Shown here: in pieces, positions 52,761 through 62,508 of the stretch
How the letters are laid out: every line of letters begins with the position of its first letter
Numbering within the stretch: position 1 is the first letter of the stretch
Notes under the pieces: generated by a model
Database searches by the model: none
The model's input: the letters and a program-made list of their open reading frames with translations, nothing else
What the model was told of the DNA's origin: nothing
Position numbers and translations under genes: made by a program
Source of the DNA: Candidatus Omnitrophota bacterium
Lineage (GTDB): Bacteria; Omnitrophota; Gorgyraeia; Gygaellales; Profunditerraquicolaceae
NCBI GenBank assembly: GCA_028712505.1
Contig: JAQTQC010000001.1
Span: 13,635-77,634, forward strand
Direction of reading: 5' to 3'
Length of the DNA: 64,000 nt

Positions 52761-54320
52761 ATGAAAAAGATTTTATTAATAAGGCCTCCGCGTTTTTTAT
52801 GGCCGTTCATCAACGAATCTGATAATTTTCTTCTCCCCCTGGGATTGCCTTGTCTTGCCGGAGAAATCCGGTCGAAATTGCCTGGTCTGGAAGTTAAAAT
52901 TATTGATTGCCCGCCGCTTAGAATCGGATGGAAGAGCCTTAGTCGGATAATAAAAGAAGAAAATCCGGATATAATCGGGGCCGGAGAAGAGGCCTTATAC
53001 TGCCACGAGGCAATCAAGCTGTTTGAGCTAGCTAAAGAAATAAACCCTTCGATAATTACGATTGCCGGAGGGCATTTTTTTTCTTGGATGGTGGATTATG
53101 CCCTGAATAATGCAGCGATAGATTTTATTGTCAGATTTGAGGGTGAGGAGACGGTCGTGGAGTTGATTCGTGCGCTCCAGGAAAAAGGTGATTTATCCCA
53201 GGTCAAGGGGATTGCTTATAAGTATAAGTCTGAAGTAATCCGTACTCAGTCCAGGCCGTTGATAAAAGATTTGGATGTATTGGCTTTTCCTGCCTTTGAC
53301 CTTATGCCGATGGGAAGGTATTCTCCTTTCGGCTACCTTTGGCCTCAAAGTGTAACCTTGGAGCACTCCCGGGGATGTGTGGATAGATGCAATTTTTGTT
53401 CGCTTTGGACGTTCTGGGGGCAAAAATTGAAAACAGAAATCGAAAAAGGGCAGTTAGATGTGAATCCTTACTATCGGACAAAAAGCGTAGCTAGAACATT
53501 AGAAGAGGTGGATATCGCTTACCAGAAGTATGGCCGAAAATATATTCTATGGGCGGATCCGACATTCAATGTCGATCTTAAATGGACTAATGATTTTTGC
53601 GAAGGATTATTGAAAAAGAATTATAAAAACCTGCATTGGTGGGCTTTTTTAAGGGCAGATTATCTGTTGCGTGACGAGAAGGCCGGGGTTTTGGGAAAAA
53701 TGGTGCGGGCGGGCTTGGTCCATCCTTTGATCGGCGTGGAGCGGGGTTGTACTGAAGATCTCAGGAAGGTGCGCAAATCTGTTTATACCCGAGATTTAAT
53801 CAAAGAGGTATTTTTTATTTTTAAAAAGAAATATCCTCAGGTATTCCGGCAGGGAACATTTGTTACCTGCCTGCCATTTGATACCCGGGAGTCAATGTTG
53901 GATCTGGTTAAATACGCCATCGAAATAGATATTGATTATCCTGCTTTTCATCCGGTGGCTCCGGTTCCGGGAACTTTTCTTTATCAAGAAGCTTTAAAAA
54001 ACGATGCTTTGGAGGTAAAGGATTTTAAAAGATATGATTGGTCTACTCCGATTATGCGTTCGGATAACAACCTGTCACTGGAAGAATTTGCCAGCTTGAA
54101 TATGGAGCTTAATAAGCGGTATGTGTTATACCGTCCACACTGGTTGATCCGGGGTTTATTTTCTCCGCATAAGCATAAAAGGGGGCTTTATTGGTGGTTT
54201 TTGCGCAATACCATTAAGATGCTTCTTCTGGGGATTATGGATACCATTTTAGGAAAGAAAAGATTTGAGGGGATTACTGGGTTTATGCGGCTTAGGAAAC
54301 CACGCTGGTATGATTCCTGA
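52761..54320 (+). CDS. B12-binding-domain radical SAM protein (class B), paralog 1
   Basis: N-terminal cobalamin-binding Rossmann region ('KILLIRPP...PLGLPCLAG') followed by 'SRGCVDRCNFCSLW'. 519 aa. Confidence 0.8.
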   Translation: MKKILLIRPPRFLWPFINESDNFLLPLGLPCLAGEIRSKLPGLEVKIIDCPPLRIGWKSLSRIIKEENPDIIGAGEEALYCHEAIKLFELAKEINPSIITIAGGHFFSWMVDYALNNAAIDFIVRFEGEETVVELIRALQEKGDLSQVKGIAYKYKSEVIRTQSRPLIKDLDVLAFPAFDLMPMGRYSPFGYLWPQSVTLEHSRGCVDRCNFCSLWTFWGQKLKTEIEKGQLDVNPYYRTKSVARTLEEVDIAYQKYGRKYILWADPTFNVDLKWTNDFCEGLLKKNYKNLHWWAFLRADYLLRDEKAGVLGKMVRAGLVHPLIGVERGCTEDLRKVRKSVYTRDLIKEVFFIFKKKYPQVFRQGTFVTCLPFDTRESMLDLVKYAIEIDIDYPAFHPVAPVPGTFLYQEALKNDALEVKDFKRYDWSTPIMRSDNNLSLEEFASLNMELNKRYVLYRPHWLIRGLFSPHKHKRGLYWWFLRNTIKMLLLGIMDTILGKKRFEGITGFMRLRKPRWYDS

Positions 54321-54455
54321 TCTATTTTTGTTTTAAAATGTTCACCTGGGATATTGTTTTAAAGTAAAATCTTGGAATTATCGGTTTCGGAAGGTATAAT
54401 ATGTATCGGTGGTATGACGAAGCAGTTTTATAGAGAAAGATAAATAAGGGAGGGA

Positions 54456-55538
54456 GTGATGGTTAAAAAAAATCTTAAAATGTTCTTTATCGCTGTCCTT
54501 TTTCTGATAACTCCTTTTTATTTAATCTTGGCTGCCGAGCAGGCAGGGGTTTCTGATGAAACTGGAGTTTCCGATTCCGCTAAGATAGAGGTAGCTGAGG
54601 AGGTGAAAGTTCCCGAGAAAATCGTTCTTTCTGGCAAGGTTGTTTTTGACGGGTATTACGGAGGAGAGATTACGGTTTCGGCAAACGAAAAAAGTACTTC
54701 GTATGAGGGTAAGAATTATGGTGTGTTAGATTCCACTGTTCTTGATTCCCCGGGGTTCTTTTTTGTTTCCGTTCCGCAAAACAGCGGGAAAGTTTTTCTG
54801 GAGGCCTATATTGCTAAAAATACCCCCAGTGGATTGGAATATCTAGCCTGGGGGAAATATCCTTTGAACCCTTTAACAGTGGGGAACGTTAATCTCGAAG
54901 GTTTGAATATCAAAATGTCCGATAATTCAGTATATCATAAAATGAACGATTATCAGGGGGAGAAGGTAGCGATTAAGGGGAGGGTAACCTTCGATAATTA
55001 TAAAAGTGGTTTGATATCCGTTAACGCCAGTAGCGCCAAGGGAAAGGAGCCGGATATTAATTCGGTTTCTATCGATTCTCCGGGGGAGTATGTTATGGAG
55101 GTTCCGGCTAATACCGGGATAATATATATAACCGCGGTTAACGGTAATCAAGAAACTAGGCAAAGTCAAAAGGCAATCGGCGGGTACGAGAAACCGGTAG
55201 AAGTAGGTACAGCGGATATCGAAGGAGTAGATATAAAAATGTACGAGGATGTTTCGGCAACGATAGATAGTCTATCTACTGTAACCATTAAGGGTAAGAT
55301 AAGCGTGGATAATTTTTCCGGAGAAGTCATACATGTGGGGGTAGGCCGCCTGGATTATGAAAGGCCAAATATTAATTTTACCGACTTATCTTCTCCTGGA
55401 GAGTATGTTTTGAAGGCCCCTAAGAATATCGGCCCAGTCTATGTTACCTCCGAAGTGGGGGCTCAGAGGAGGTCTTACAAGAATAATCCCATTGTAGTCG
55501 GAGATTCGGATCTTCAGGGGATTGATATTGTTTTTTAG
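54456..55538 (+). CDS. secreted protein composed of three tandem ~100-aa repeats
   Basis: Signal peptide 'MFFIAVLFLITPFYLILAAEQ'. Three repeats each begin 'GKVVFDGYYGGEITVSA', 'GRVTFDNYKSGLISVNA', 'GKISVDNFSGEVIHVGV'. Each contains 'DSPGEYV..VP.N.G' and ends '..EG.DIKM'. Confidence 0.6.
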   Translation: MMVKKNLKMFFIAVLFLITPFYLILAAEQAGVSDETGVSDSAKIEVAEEVKVPEKIVLSGKVVFDGYYGGEITVSANEKSTSYEGKNYGVLDSTVLDSPGFFFVSVPQNSGKVFLEAYIAKNTPSGLEYLAWGKYPLNPLTVGNVNLEGLNIKMSDNSVYHKMNDYQGEKVAIKGRVTFDNYKSGLISVNASSAKGKEPDINSVSIDSPGEYVMEVPANTGIIYITAVNGNQETRQSQKAIGGYEKPVEVGTADIEGVDIKMYEDVSATIDSLSTVTIKGKISVDNFSGEVIHVGVGRLDYERPNINFTDLSSPGEYVLKAPKNIGPVYVTSEVGAQRRSYKNNPIVVGDSDLQGIDIVF

Positions 55539-55568
55539 GCCCACCGCTAGAGGTAAAGAGATTTCTGG

Positions 55569-57020
55569 ATGAAAAAAAAGTTATATCTTTTGTTAGCCCT
55601 TCTGCTGGTTTTTCTATTTTTTGATTGGTTTGTTTCGGATCAGTCCAGGGCTTTAAAAATAGACAACAATATTCTTTATTCAATTGATGATATCTTCCGT
55701 TTCTGTTATTTAAAAGCCTCTTTTTACCATCCGGTAATCTATCTGAATCCCAATCTTAAGATTTTGTCGATGGCAATCTCCAGTTTATTTTTTATGCTTT
55801 TTTCGGCAAAGATGATTTCTTTGCGGATAATGAGCAGTATTTTTTCGGCAGCGACGATTGCTTTTTTGTATAAAGTCGCTAAGATGGTCAATCCGGAAAA
55901 TAAATTGCCCATCCTTCCGGTTTTGTTCACCTTGTCTTCAAGCGTATACCTTTTAGTGTCGGTTTCTACCCTTGCGGAAAGCATGTTTATTTTTTTTCTT
56001 GTTGTGGCGGCCTACCTATTTTATTCACAACGGTATTTATTGTCGGTAATTACCGTATCATTGCTTCCGGCTATCAGGCAGGAGGGGGTGTTATTTATCG
56101 CCGCATGGCTAATTATTCTGGTGCGAGAGCAAAAATGGCGGTATCTGCCTATTTTGTTTGTTCCTTCTCTGCTTTGGAGCTTGGCCAATGTTTTGTTATT
56201 ACAACATAGCATGGTTTATACAATGTTTTATTTTAAACATCTATCTCCAAACACTCCTACAAACGTTTTAATCCTGCCCTCTCAGTTAAACAAGAATATT
56301 GTAATTCTTTCTTTACCGGTAATAGTGTTGTTTGTCGCAGGTTTATTCCGAGAAAAATACAATAAGGGGCATCTCTTAATATTTTTATGCGTTTTATTCC
56401 ATCTGGGGTTTTTAACCATTTCCAATTCGATAAAATTGTTCAAGACTGGATATTTATCTTACGTAATAAGGTTAATTGCTCCAAGCATTCCTTTTGTTTC
56501 GATATATATGGGGAGCGGTTTTGAATTTCTGGCACAAAGATTTATCAAGGATAGGAGAAGGATGGTGGCGAGCGTGGTTTTGGTCTTTTTTGCTTCGACC
56601 GTACTGATGCTCTTCAGGTTACAGGCGTTTCAGGATAATCCGGTAATTAAGGAGGATTCTGTGAACGAAAAACAGATTATTGCTCTAAAAGAGACCGGGA
56701 TTTGGCTCGACGGTTATATGCAACAGGAAAAAGTAAATAATTTATATGTTTTGGGATCTGCGGCCACGAATAAGTTTGTGCGTCGGATATGGATGGAAGT
56801 GTCGGGAAGGGTAAGGTTTTATACAGTTGTCGAATGGAAGGTTCTATTGGATATGTTTAGTTTTAAGCGCGTCCCCATTATTGAAGAACCGGCGGTTTTT
56901 ATCTGCTTAAACGGCGAAGATTTTCAATACCCGGACAATTTCTATAAGAAACGCATAGGGGCCTTTCCGGAGATACATCTGGATTTTTATCTTTTGGAGC
57001 CCCGGGAAAGGGTTAATTGA
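55569..57020 (+). CDS. polytopic membrane protein, probable GT-C-fold glycosyltransferase
   Basis: 483 aa with ≥10 TM helices, an early periplasmic-loop acidic motif ('YSIDDIF') and a C-terminal soluble domain. Adjacent to a clearer PMT/ArnT-family gene. Confidence 0.35.
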   Translation: MKKKLYLLLALLLVFLFFDWFVSDQSRALKIDNNILYSIDDIFRFCYLKASFYHPVIYLNPNLKILSMAISSLFFMLFSAKMISLRIMSSIFSAATIAFLYKVAKMVNPENKLPILPVLFTLSSSVYLLVSVSTLAESMFIFFLVVAAYLFYSQRYLLSVITVSLLPAIRQEGVLFIAAWLIILVREQKWRYLPILFVPSLLWSLANVLLLQHSMVYTMFYFKHLSPNTPTNVLILPSQLNKNIVILSLPVIVLFVAGLFREKYNKGHLLIFLCVLFHLGFLTISNSIKLFKTGYLSYVIRLIAPSIPFVSIYMGSGFEFLAQRFIKDRRRMVASVVLVFFASTVLMLFRLQAFQDNPVIKEDSVNEKQIIALKETGIWLDGYMQQEKVNNLYVLGSAATNKFVRRIWMEVSGRVRFYTVVEWKVLLDMFSFKRVPIIEEPAVFICLNGEDFQYPDNFYKKRIGAFPEIHLDFYLLEPRERVN

Positions 57021-57021
57021 A

Positions 57022-58566
57022 ATGACTTTGTTTTTTATTGTAGTCACAGGAGTTTTGCTGAGATTGTACCGGTTGGAAGTATTTAGTCTTTGGTTTGATG
57101 AAGCAGATTCCGTGCTTTCGGCAATCCAGCCGCTACAAACATTGGAGATGTTAAAAGCAGGGCGGGTCTTAGTAATGCATAATTTATTTCTTAATTTTTG
57201 GAAGATAATAGGAGTTGATGAATTCAGATTAAGGCTTTCCTCGGTAATTTTCGGGGTTTTGGCAATCATCATTCTTTATCTTTTGGCCAAGCGCGTCTTT
57301 GATAAGAAAACCGCCTTATGGAGCGCTTTCTTATTGGCCATCTCTCCTTTTAACATTTATTATTCGCAAGAGTTGCGTCCTTACGCGATGATGGTTCTGT
57401 TGACAATCTGCACCGTTTATTGTTTTATTAAAGGATGGGAAGAAAAGAGAATACTCTATTGGTCGGGCTATGTTATTTTTGCTGTTTTAAATTTTTATAC
57501 TCATTGGATAGCGGCTTTTTATTTTTTTACCCTTATCGTTTACTCTGTTTTTTGGTGCAGGAGAGATGCCGGCGCGCGAAAAATGTTTTTTATCAGTAAT
57601 ATAATTATTGTAGTATTGTCTGTACCTTGGGTGTGGTCTTTAGTGCGGATATCCAGGCTTGTCATTGATAGGGATTCTTTATTTTCACAAATAAGTATCG
57701 GCTGGATTCCTCCCGTAGATTACACCTCTATTTTATGGACTTTAAAAAATTTTACCGCTGGATATAGCGTAAATCATTTTGCCGCCGTCACGACATTATT
57801 GTTATATGGACTATTTTTCTTCCGAGGGATTTTTTGTTCCCGGGATAAGCAAAAGATATTGTTGCCTCTCCTGTTATTTATTGTGCCGGTTATTTTACTG
57901 TTCGGGATATCCAAATACCGTTCTTGCTACATTGATAGATATTTGATTGCCAGCTGTCCATTTTTTTGTTTGATTGTTGCCTGTGGGTTGAAAGAAACAA
58001 AAAGGATCTTTAGTTTTTTCGCCTTAGTAGCATTTACCGTTTTTTCAGCATGGGCATTGACAATACAGTATAATAATTTTTTAGCCGGAAGCTTTATTGA
58101 GCATCGAGGCGTGCAGTGCAAAAAACAAGAACGCCAGGCGGCGGAGTACATCTTGAATAACCTTGAAGTGGAAGATGGAGTGTTTCATGTTTGCCGAAGT
58201 ACGGTTCTCCCATTTGAATTCTATTTTAAGTATACCGACCGGCTGAAGATGCCCCCGGGTAAAAGAGAGCATCCTCAGCTGCTTGTATTTTTAAAAGAGG
58301 AAAATGACTCCGGTGTGGGTTTAGAATTATGCAGATACTCTTTGGTTACCGGCGACTTGGATGATCGATATGTCTATCGTCCGGTTGATGTCACGGTGGA
58401 GGATTTTGATCGGATTTGGTTGGTTTTTTCTGAATGGGATTTTGTCCTGGCTTCAAAGCCGGGTTCGCTGGAAAATAAAATGCTCGAGGTTCTAAAGAAA
58501 AATTACCGAATAGAGGATTTAAAACAATTCTCCGGAGTCATCGTCTATCTTTTTATAAAAAAATAA
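57022..58566 (+). CDS. GT-C glycosyltransferase of the PMT/ArnT (GT39/GT83-like) family
   Basis: 'LLRLYRLEVFSLWFDEADSV' (DE motif in the first loop), 'LLAISPFNIYYSQELRPYAMMVL', polytopic. 514 aa. Confidence 0.6.
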   Translation: MTLFFIVVTGVLLRLYRLEVFSLWFDEADSVLSAIQPLQTLEMLKAGRVLVMHNLFLNFWKIIGVDEFRLRLSSVIFGVLAIIILYLLAKRVFDKKTALWSAFLLAISPFNIYYSQELRPYAMMVLLTICTVYCFIKGWEEKRILYWSGYVIFAVLNFYTHWIAAFYFFTLIVYSVFWCRRDAGARKMFFISNIIIVVLSVPWVWSLVRISRLVIDRDSLFSQISIGWIPPVDYTSILWTLKNFTAGYSVNHFAAVTTLLLYGLFFFRGIFCSRDKQKILLPLLLFIVPVILLFGISKYRSCYIDRYLIASCPFFCLIVACGLKETKRIFSFFALVAFTVFSAWALTIQYNNFLAGSFIEHRGVQCKKQERQAAEYILNNLEVEDGVFHVCRSTVLPFEFYFKYTDRLKMPPGKREHPQLLVFLKEENDSGVGLELCRYSLVTGDLDDRYVYRPVDVTVEDFDRIWLVFSEWDFVLASKPGSLENKMLEVLKKNYRIEDLKQFSGVIVYLFIKK

Positions 58567-58597
58567 ATATCTCAGTTGGCTAAAAATTAAAATAATC

Positions 58598-59956
58598 ATG
58601 GCGAAAATTCTCTTTTTGGATCCTTTAGGGTATGACGAAAAGTTTTTGCGGCATCGTCACTTGTTGAGGGAATGGAGTGGCACATATATTACCGGAGATA
58701 TTCCTTTTCCCCCGTTAGATCTTATGTATGCTGCTTCCTACCTGCGTAAATACGGCCATTCAGTTGGGATTATTGAAGCTAGTGTTAATCATTGGTCGCA
58801 TAATAAGGTGGCAGGTATGGTTGCTGCGGAGGCTCCTGATTTTGTCGTTATTCCTACTACTTATTACAGTCTGGACTCTGATAGGCTTCTGGCCGGCTAT
58901 ATTAAGAAAGAATTGCCTTCAGTAAAGATAGTTTTTTCCGGGGCTCCGGTGATTTACGAACCGCGCCTGGCGCTTGATAGCGGAGTGGTGGATTTTGTCG
59001 TATTGGGAGAAATGGAACTTCCGGTTTTGAATATCGTAGAAGCCAATTATGCGGAGAACATAGCTTATCGAGACGGGGAGAAAATTATCAAGGGTTGTCG
59101 AAGTCTCTTGAATCTTGACGAGCTGGAGTTGCCGGCAAGGGACTTAATTGATAGCCAGGCCTACAGGTATGTTTTTTTTAACCGGGCAAATCCGGTAACT
59201 ACGATGTCTTTAAGCCGGGGATGCCCGCACGGAAAATGCAATTTTTGCGTTTCTTCGTTTTACTCCTTAAGTCAGATAAGGTTTAGAAGGCTTGATTCGG
59301 TCATAAAGGAAATTGAGGAGATTGTGTATAGATATAAGATTGGAGAGATTTTTTTCCGGGATCAAGCTTTAACCGCTAACCGGGAACTGGTCTGGACTCT
59401 TTGTGAAGAACTGATTTCGAAAAATATTCGTATTCCCTGGAGAGGATCTACGAGAGTTGATTTAGTGGACAAGGAATTGCTTAGCTTGATGCGTCGGGCT
59501 GGATGCTATCAATTGTCTTTTGGTTTTGAAAGCCCTTCTCAGAAGGTGCTTGATCTGGCTAATAAAGGGATTAAGGTGGAGCAGTCCAGGAAGGCAAGTC
59601 ATTGGGCGAAAGAAGCCGGCCTGGAGGTGGTCGGGCTTTTTATTTGCGGACTGCCTGGGGGGGGCGCTGGGGATTCGGTAAACGATTTGTTAAAATTTGC
59701 TCTGGAATTGGAGGTAGATTACGCACAATTTTGCGGTGTTTATTTGTTTCCCGGAACGCCTTATTATGAGCAATTTAGCCAGAATGTTTTAAGCCCTCCT
59801 TCTTTAGATTCGGTAAAAAAAGATACCAGGCGTGCATTCTTAAAATTTTATTTAAGATCCGGTTTTATAAACGGGCAACTAAAAAAGATACATTCGCTGG
59901 AGGACTTCAAGTTTTTAATAACCAGCGGGGTCAATGCCTTTTTATCTTATATGTAA
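58598..59956 (+). CDS. B12-binding-domain radical SAM protein (class B), paralog 2
   Basis: 'MAKILFLDPLGY...' B12-binding N-terminal domain, then 'SRGCPHGKCNFCVSS' (Cx4Cx2C variant). 452 aa. Confidence 0.75.
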   Translation: MAKILFLDPLGYDEKFLRHRHLLREWSGTYITGDIPFPPLDLMYAASYLRKYGHSVGIIEASVNHWSHNKVAGMVAAEAPDFVVIPTTYYSLDSDRLLAGYIKKELPSVKIVFSGAPVIYEPRLALDSGVVDFVVLGEMELPVLNIVEANYAENIAYRDGEKIIKGCRSLLNLDELELPARDLIDSQAYRYVFFNRANPVTTMSLSRGCPHGKCNFCVSSFYSLSQIRFRRLDSVIKEIEEIVYRYKIGEIFFRDQALTANRELVWTLCEELISKNIRIPWRGSTRVDLVDKELLSLMRRAGCYQLSFGFESPSQKVLDLANKGIKVEQSRKASHWAKEAGLEVVGLFICGLPGGGAGDSVNDLLKFALELEVDYAQFCGVYLFPGTPYYEQFSQNVLSPPSLDSVKKDTRRAFLKFYLRSGFINGQLKKIHSLEDFKFLITSGVNAFLSYM

Positions 59957-60109
59957 GACCTCATTGTTATGACCAGCATCTCCGGGGGCCTAAATTCTAG
60001 TTTCTGGGTGTGGCTAAGAAGGGCATAATGTGATATATTATTCTCTATCGGGAAACAATCATCTGGAGCGCGATCAAGCTAAAAGATATCTAACATTATA
60101 AGTGTAAAT

Positions 60110-61309
60110 ATGAATTTTGCGATTCCCACAAACTGGCAGGATGATTTTTTGCCAAGCATCGGTAAGCCTGGAGTTGCTTTGGAGATATACGGTAAGCTCA
60201 ACTCTGATTTTTTTGGAGGAGGCAAGCATTCTTTCCAGTTGCCTTACGTATCGAAAAGAAAAATTGAGCGTGATATCATTGCTATTCATAAGGCGGGATT
60301 TAAATTTAATTACCTGCTCAACGGTACCTGTCTTAATAATTTTGAATGGACAGCCGGGGGTCAAAGAAAGATGCGTTCTCTTCTTGACTGGCTGGTTAAG
60401 ATCAGGGTTGATGCGGTGACCGTCGCAATTCCCTATCTTCTGGTGATGATCAAGAATAAATATCCCGGCCTGCGGGTTGCTGTTTCCACCTTGGTTGGAA
60501 TTAATTCTGTTCCGGCGGCCAGGCATTGGGAGGATTTGGGGGCTGACAGGATTACCTTGCTTAACACGGATGTCAATCGGGATTTTCCTTTATTAAGAAG
60601 ATTAAGAAAAGAGGTCAACTGTCAGCTTCAACTGATTGCTAATGTTAATTGCCTTTACCGCTGCCCATTTTATCTACAGCATGGTAATTTGGCTTCGCAT
60701 AGTTCTCAGAAAGGCCACCGGCTAAAGGGATTTGTTATCGATTACTGTCGGATCAGCTGTCGTTATCGGCAGATTGTAAACCCGGCCGAATTTATCCGTA
60801 GTCCGTGGATACGCCCGGAGGATGTCGGATATTATGAAGATATCGGAATCGATTCCCTTAAACTTATCGACCGGGGAATGAATACTTTTTGGATTTCGTT
60901 AATACTACAAGCTTATTTAAAAAGAAAATACGTCGGTAATTTGATTGATTTATTTCCTAGTCCGCTCAAGACGCTTCGGTTTAACAGATTCGACCCCTGG
61001 CATTTAAGCCGGTATTTTTTCTTCCCCGGATTTGTCAATATCTTCAAGCTTCTGAAACTAAGGGGGTTATTGAAAGATCCGGCGGTATGCATTGATAATC
61101 AAAAGCTGGATAATTTCCTCGAGTTTTTTACCAAGAATGATTGCAATTTTCGAAGTTGCCGTGATTGCGGCTATTGTGAGAAGATTGCCCGGGCAACAGT
61201 CAAGATAGAACCGGTATCCCTTAAACAGTCAGCGGGCAGGTATAAAGAATGCCTGGATGCTATTATTTCCGGATCTCTGTTTACTGATCAGCCGAGAGGG
61301 AATTTATAA
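60110..61309 (+). CDS. U32-peptidase-family protein (UbiU/UbiV/RlhA-like TIM-barrel Fe-S protein), paralog A
   Basis: 'DAVTVAIPYLLVMIKNKYPGLRVAVST...ARHWEDLGADRITLLNTDVNRDFPLLRRLRKEVNCQLQLIANVNCLYRC' aligns with the U32 core of E. coli YhbU/UbiU ('DALILADLAML…RVVLPRVLS…LEVFAFGSLCIMSEGRC'). Cys pattern C-x4-C…C-x3-C. Confidence 0.5.
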   Translation: MNFAIPTNWQDDFLPSIGKPGVALEIYGKLNSDFFGGGKHSFQLPYVSKRKIERDIIAIHKAGFKFNYLLNGTCLNNFEWTAGGQRKMRSLLDWLVKIRVDAVTVAIPYLLVMIKNKYPGLRVAVSTLVGINSVPAARHWEDLGADRITLLNTDVNRDFPLLRRLRKEVNCQLQLIANVNCLYRCPFYLQHGNLASHSSQKGHRLKGFVIDYCRISCRYRQIVNPAEFIRSPWIRPEDVGYYEDIGIDSLKLIDRGMNTFWISLILQAYLKRKYVGNLIDLFPSPLKTLRFNRFDPWHLSRYFFFPGFVNIFKLLKLRGLLKDPAVCIDNQKLDNFLEFFTKNDCNFRSCRDCGYCEKIARATVKIEPVSLKQSAGRYKECLDAIISGSLFTDQPRGNL

Positions 61310-61312
61310 CAT

Positions 61313-62494
61313 ATGCTCAAGATATCTGTATCAACAAATTGGCAGAATGATTTGATCCCCTTGGTAAGTCGGGAGCCGGTGGATGAATTTTACGGAAAGT
61401 TGGCGCAGGATTTTGTGGGTGGAGGCAGGCCAGCATATAGCATCCCGCAGGTTTCCCGGAAAGCCGCTGTATTTCATATTAATGAAGCCAAAAGATTCGG
61501 ACGTGCATTCAATTACCTGTTAAATGCCACCTGTCTTAATAATATGGAGTTAACCAGGCAGGGCCAAAAAGAGATTTGTTTTTTAATGGATTGGCTCGAA
61601 GGCTTAGGCGTGGAAAGATGTACAGTAGCGATACCTTATTTATTGGAGATGGTTAAGAAGCGATACCCCAGATTTAAGGTGTATATTTCTACCAGCTCAA
61701 GGGTGGATAGCCTGGAGCGTGCCAGGCATTGGGAGGATTTGGGGGCTGATGGGATAATCTTGGATTCAGTCAGCGTGAATCGGGATTTTCAACTGCTTCG
61801 GCAATTAAGGAGCGAAGTCAAATGTGAGCTGGTATTGATTGCCAATGTTAACTGTTTGTATGACTGTCCGTTTAAGAATTATCACTGTACGGCTATTTCA
61901 CACGCTTCGCAGTCCGGAGCTGCCTCCAAAGGTTTTTTCATGGACTATTCTTCTTTAATGTGTGGTTATTTAAGAGTTAAACATCCGGTGAATTTTATCC
62001 GCGCCGATTGGATCCGTCCGGAAGACCTTTCTTTGTATGAAAAAATAGGGATTGACCGGATTAAACTGGTAGATCGGACCATGCCCACCGAATTTATCGC
62101 CGCGGTTACCACTGCTTATATCAACCGGCGATATGAAGGAAACCTGCTGGATCTTTTTGCCAACTGTCAAAAAAAGCTCATGTATAATAAAATAGATTTC
62201 TTTAGGAAAATGAAATATTTATTCCATCCGTTACGGATCAACCTTTATCAGGTCTCTAAACTTAAGGATCTGGCTTTCGACATCTTTTATCTTGATAACC
62301 GTGCCTTAGATGGTTTTTTGGAACATTTCCCGAATAATGGCTGCCGGTTAAAATCCTGCCAAGACTGCCGGTATTGTCAAGATTTTGCCGAGCGGGCAAT
62401 AAAGGTCGACCGCGCCTTGCAGAGAAAACTTATTGACCGGTATGAACAGTATTTATCCCGGGTTATCTCCGGCGACATTTTTAAATATTTTTAA
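61313..62494 (+). CDS. U32-peptidase-family protein, paralog B (tandem to paralog A)
   Basis: Clear paralog of the preceding gene ('STNWQNDLIP', 'FNYLLNATCLNN', 'ARHWEDLGADGIILDSVSVNRDFQLLRQLRSEVKCELVLIANVNCLYDC'). 4-nt intergenic gap. Confidence 0.5.
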   Translation: MLKISVSTNWQNDLIPLVSREPVDEFYGKLAQDFVGGGRPAYSIPQVSRKAAVFHINEAKRFGRAFNYLLNATCLNNMELTRQGQKEICFLMDWLEGLGVERCTVAIPYLLEMVKKRYPRFKVYISTSSRVDSLERARHWEDLGADGIILDSVSVNRDFQLLRQLRSEVKCELVLIANVNCLYDCPFKNYHCTAISHASQSGAASKGFFMDYSSLMCGYLRVKHPVNFIRADWIRPEDLSLYEKIGIDRIKLVDRTMPTEFIAAVTTAYINRRYEGNLLDLFANCQKKLMYNKIDFFRKMKYLFHPLRINLYQVSKLKDLAFDIFYLDNRALDGFLEHFPNNGCRLKSCQDCRYCQDFAERAIKVDRALQRKLIDRYEQYLSRVISGDIFKYF

Positions 62495-62508
62495 GAAGCT
62501 TATTCAAA

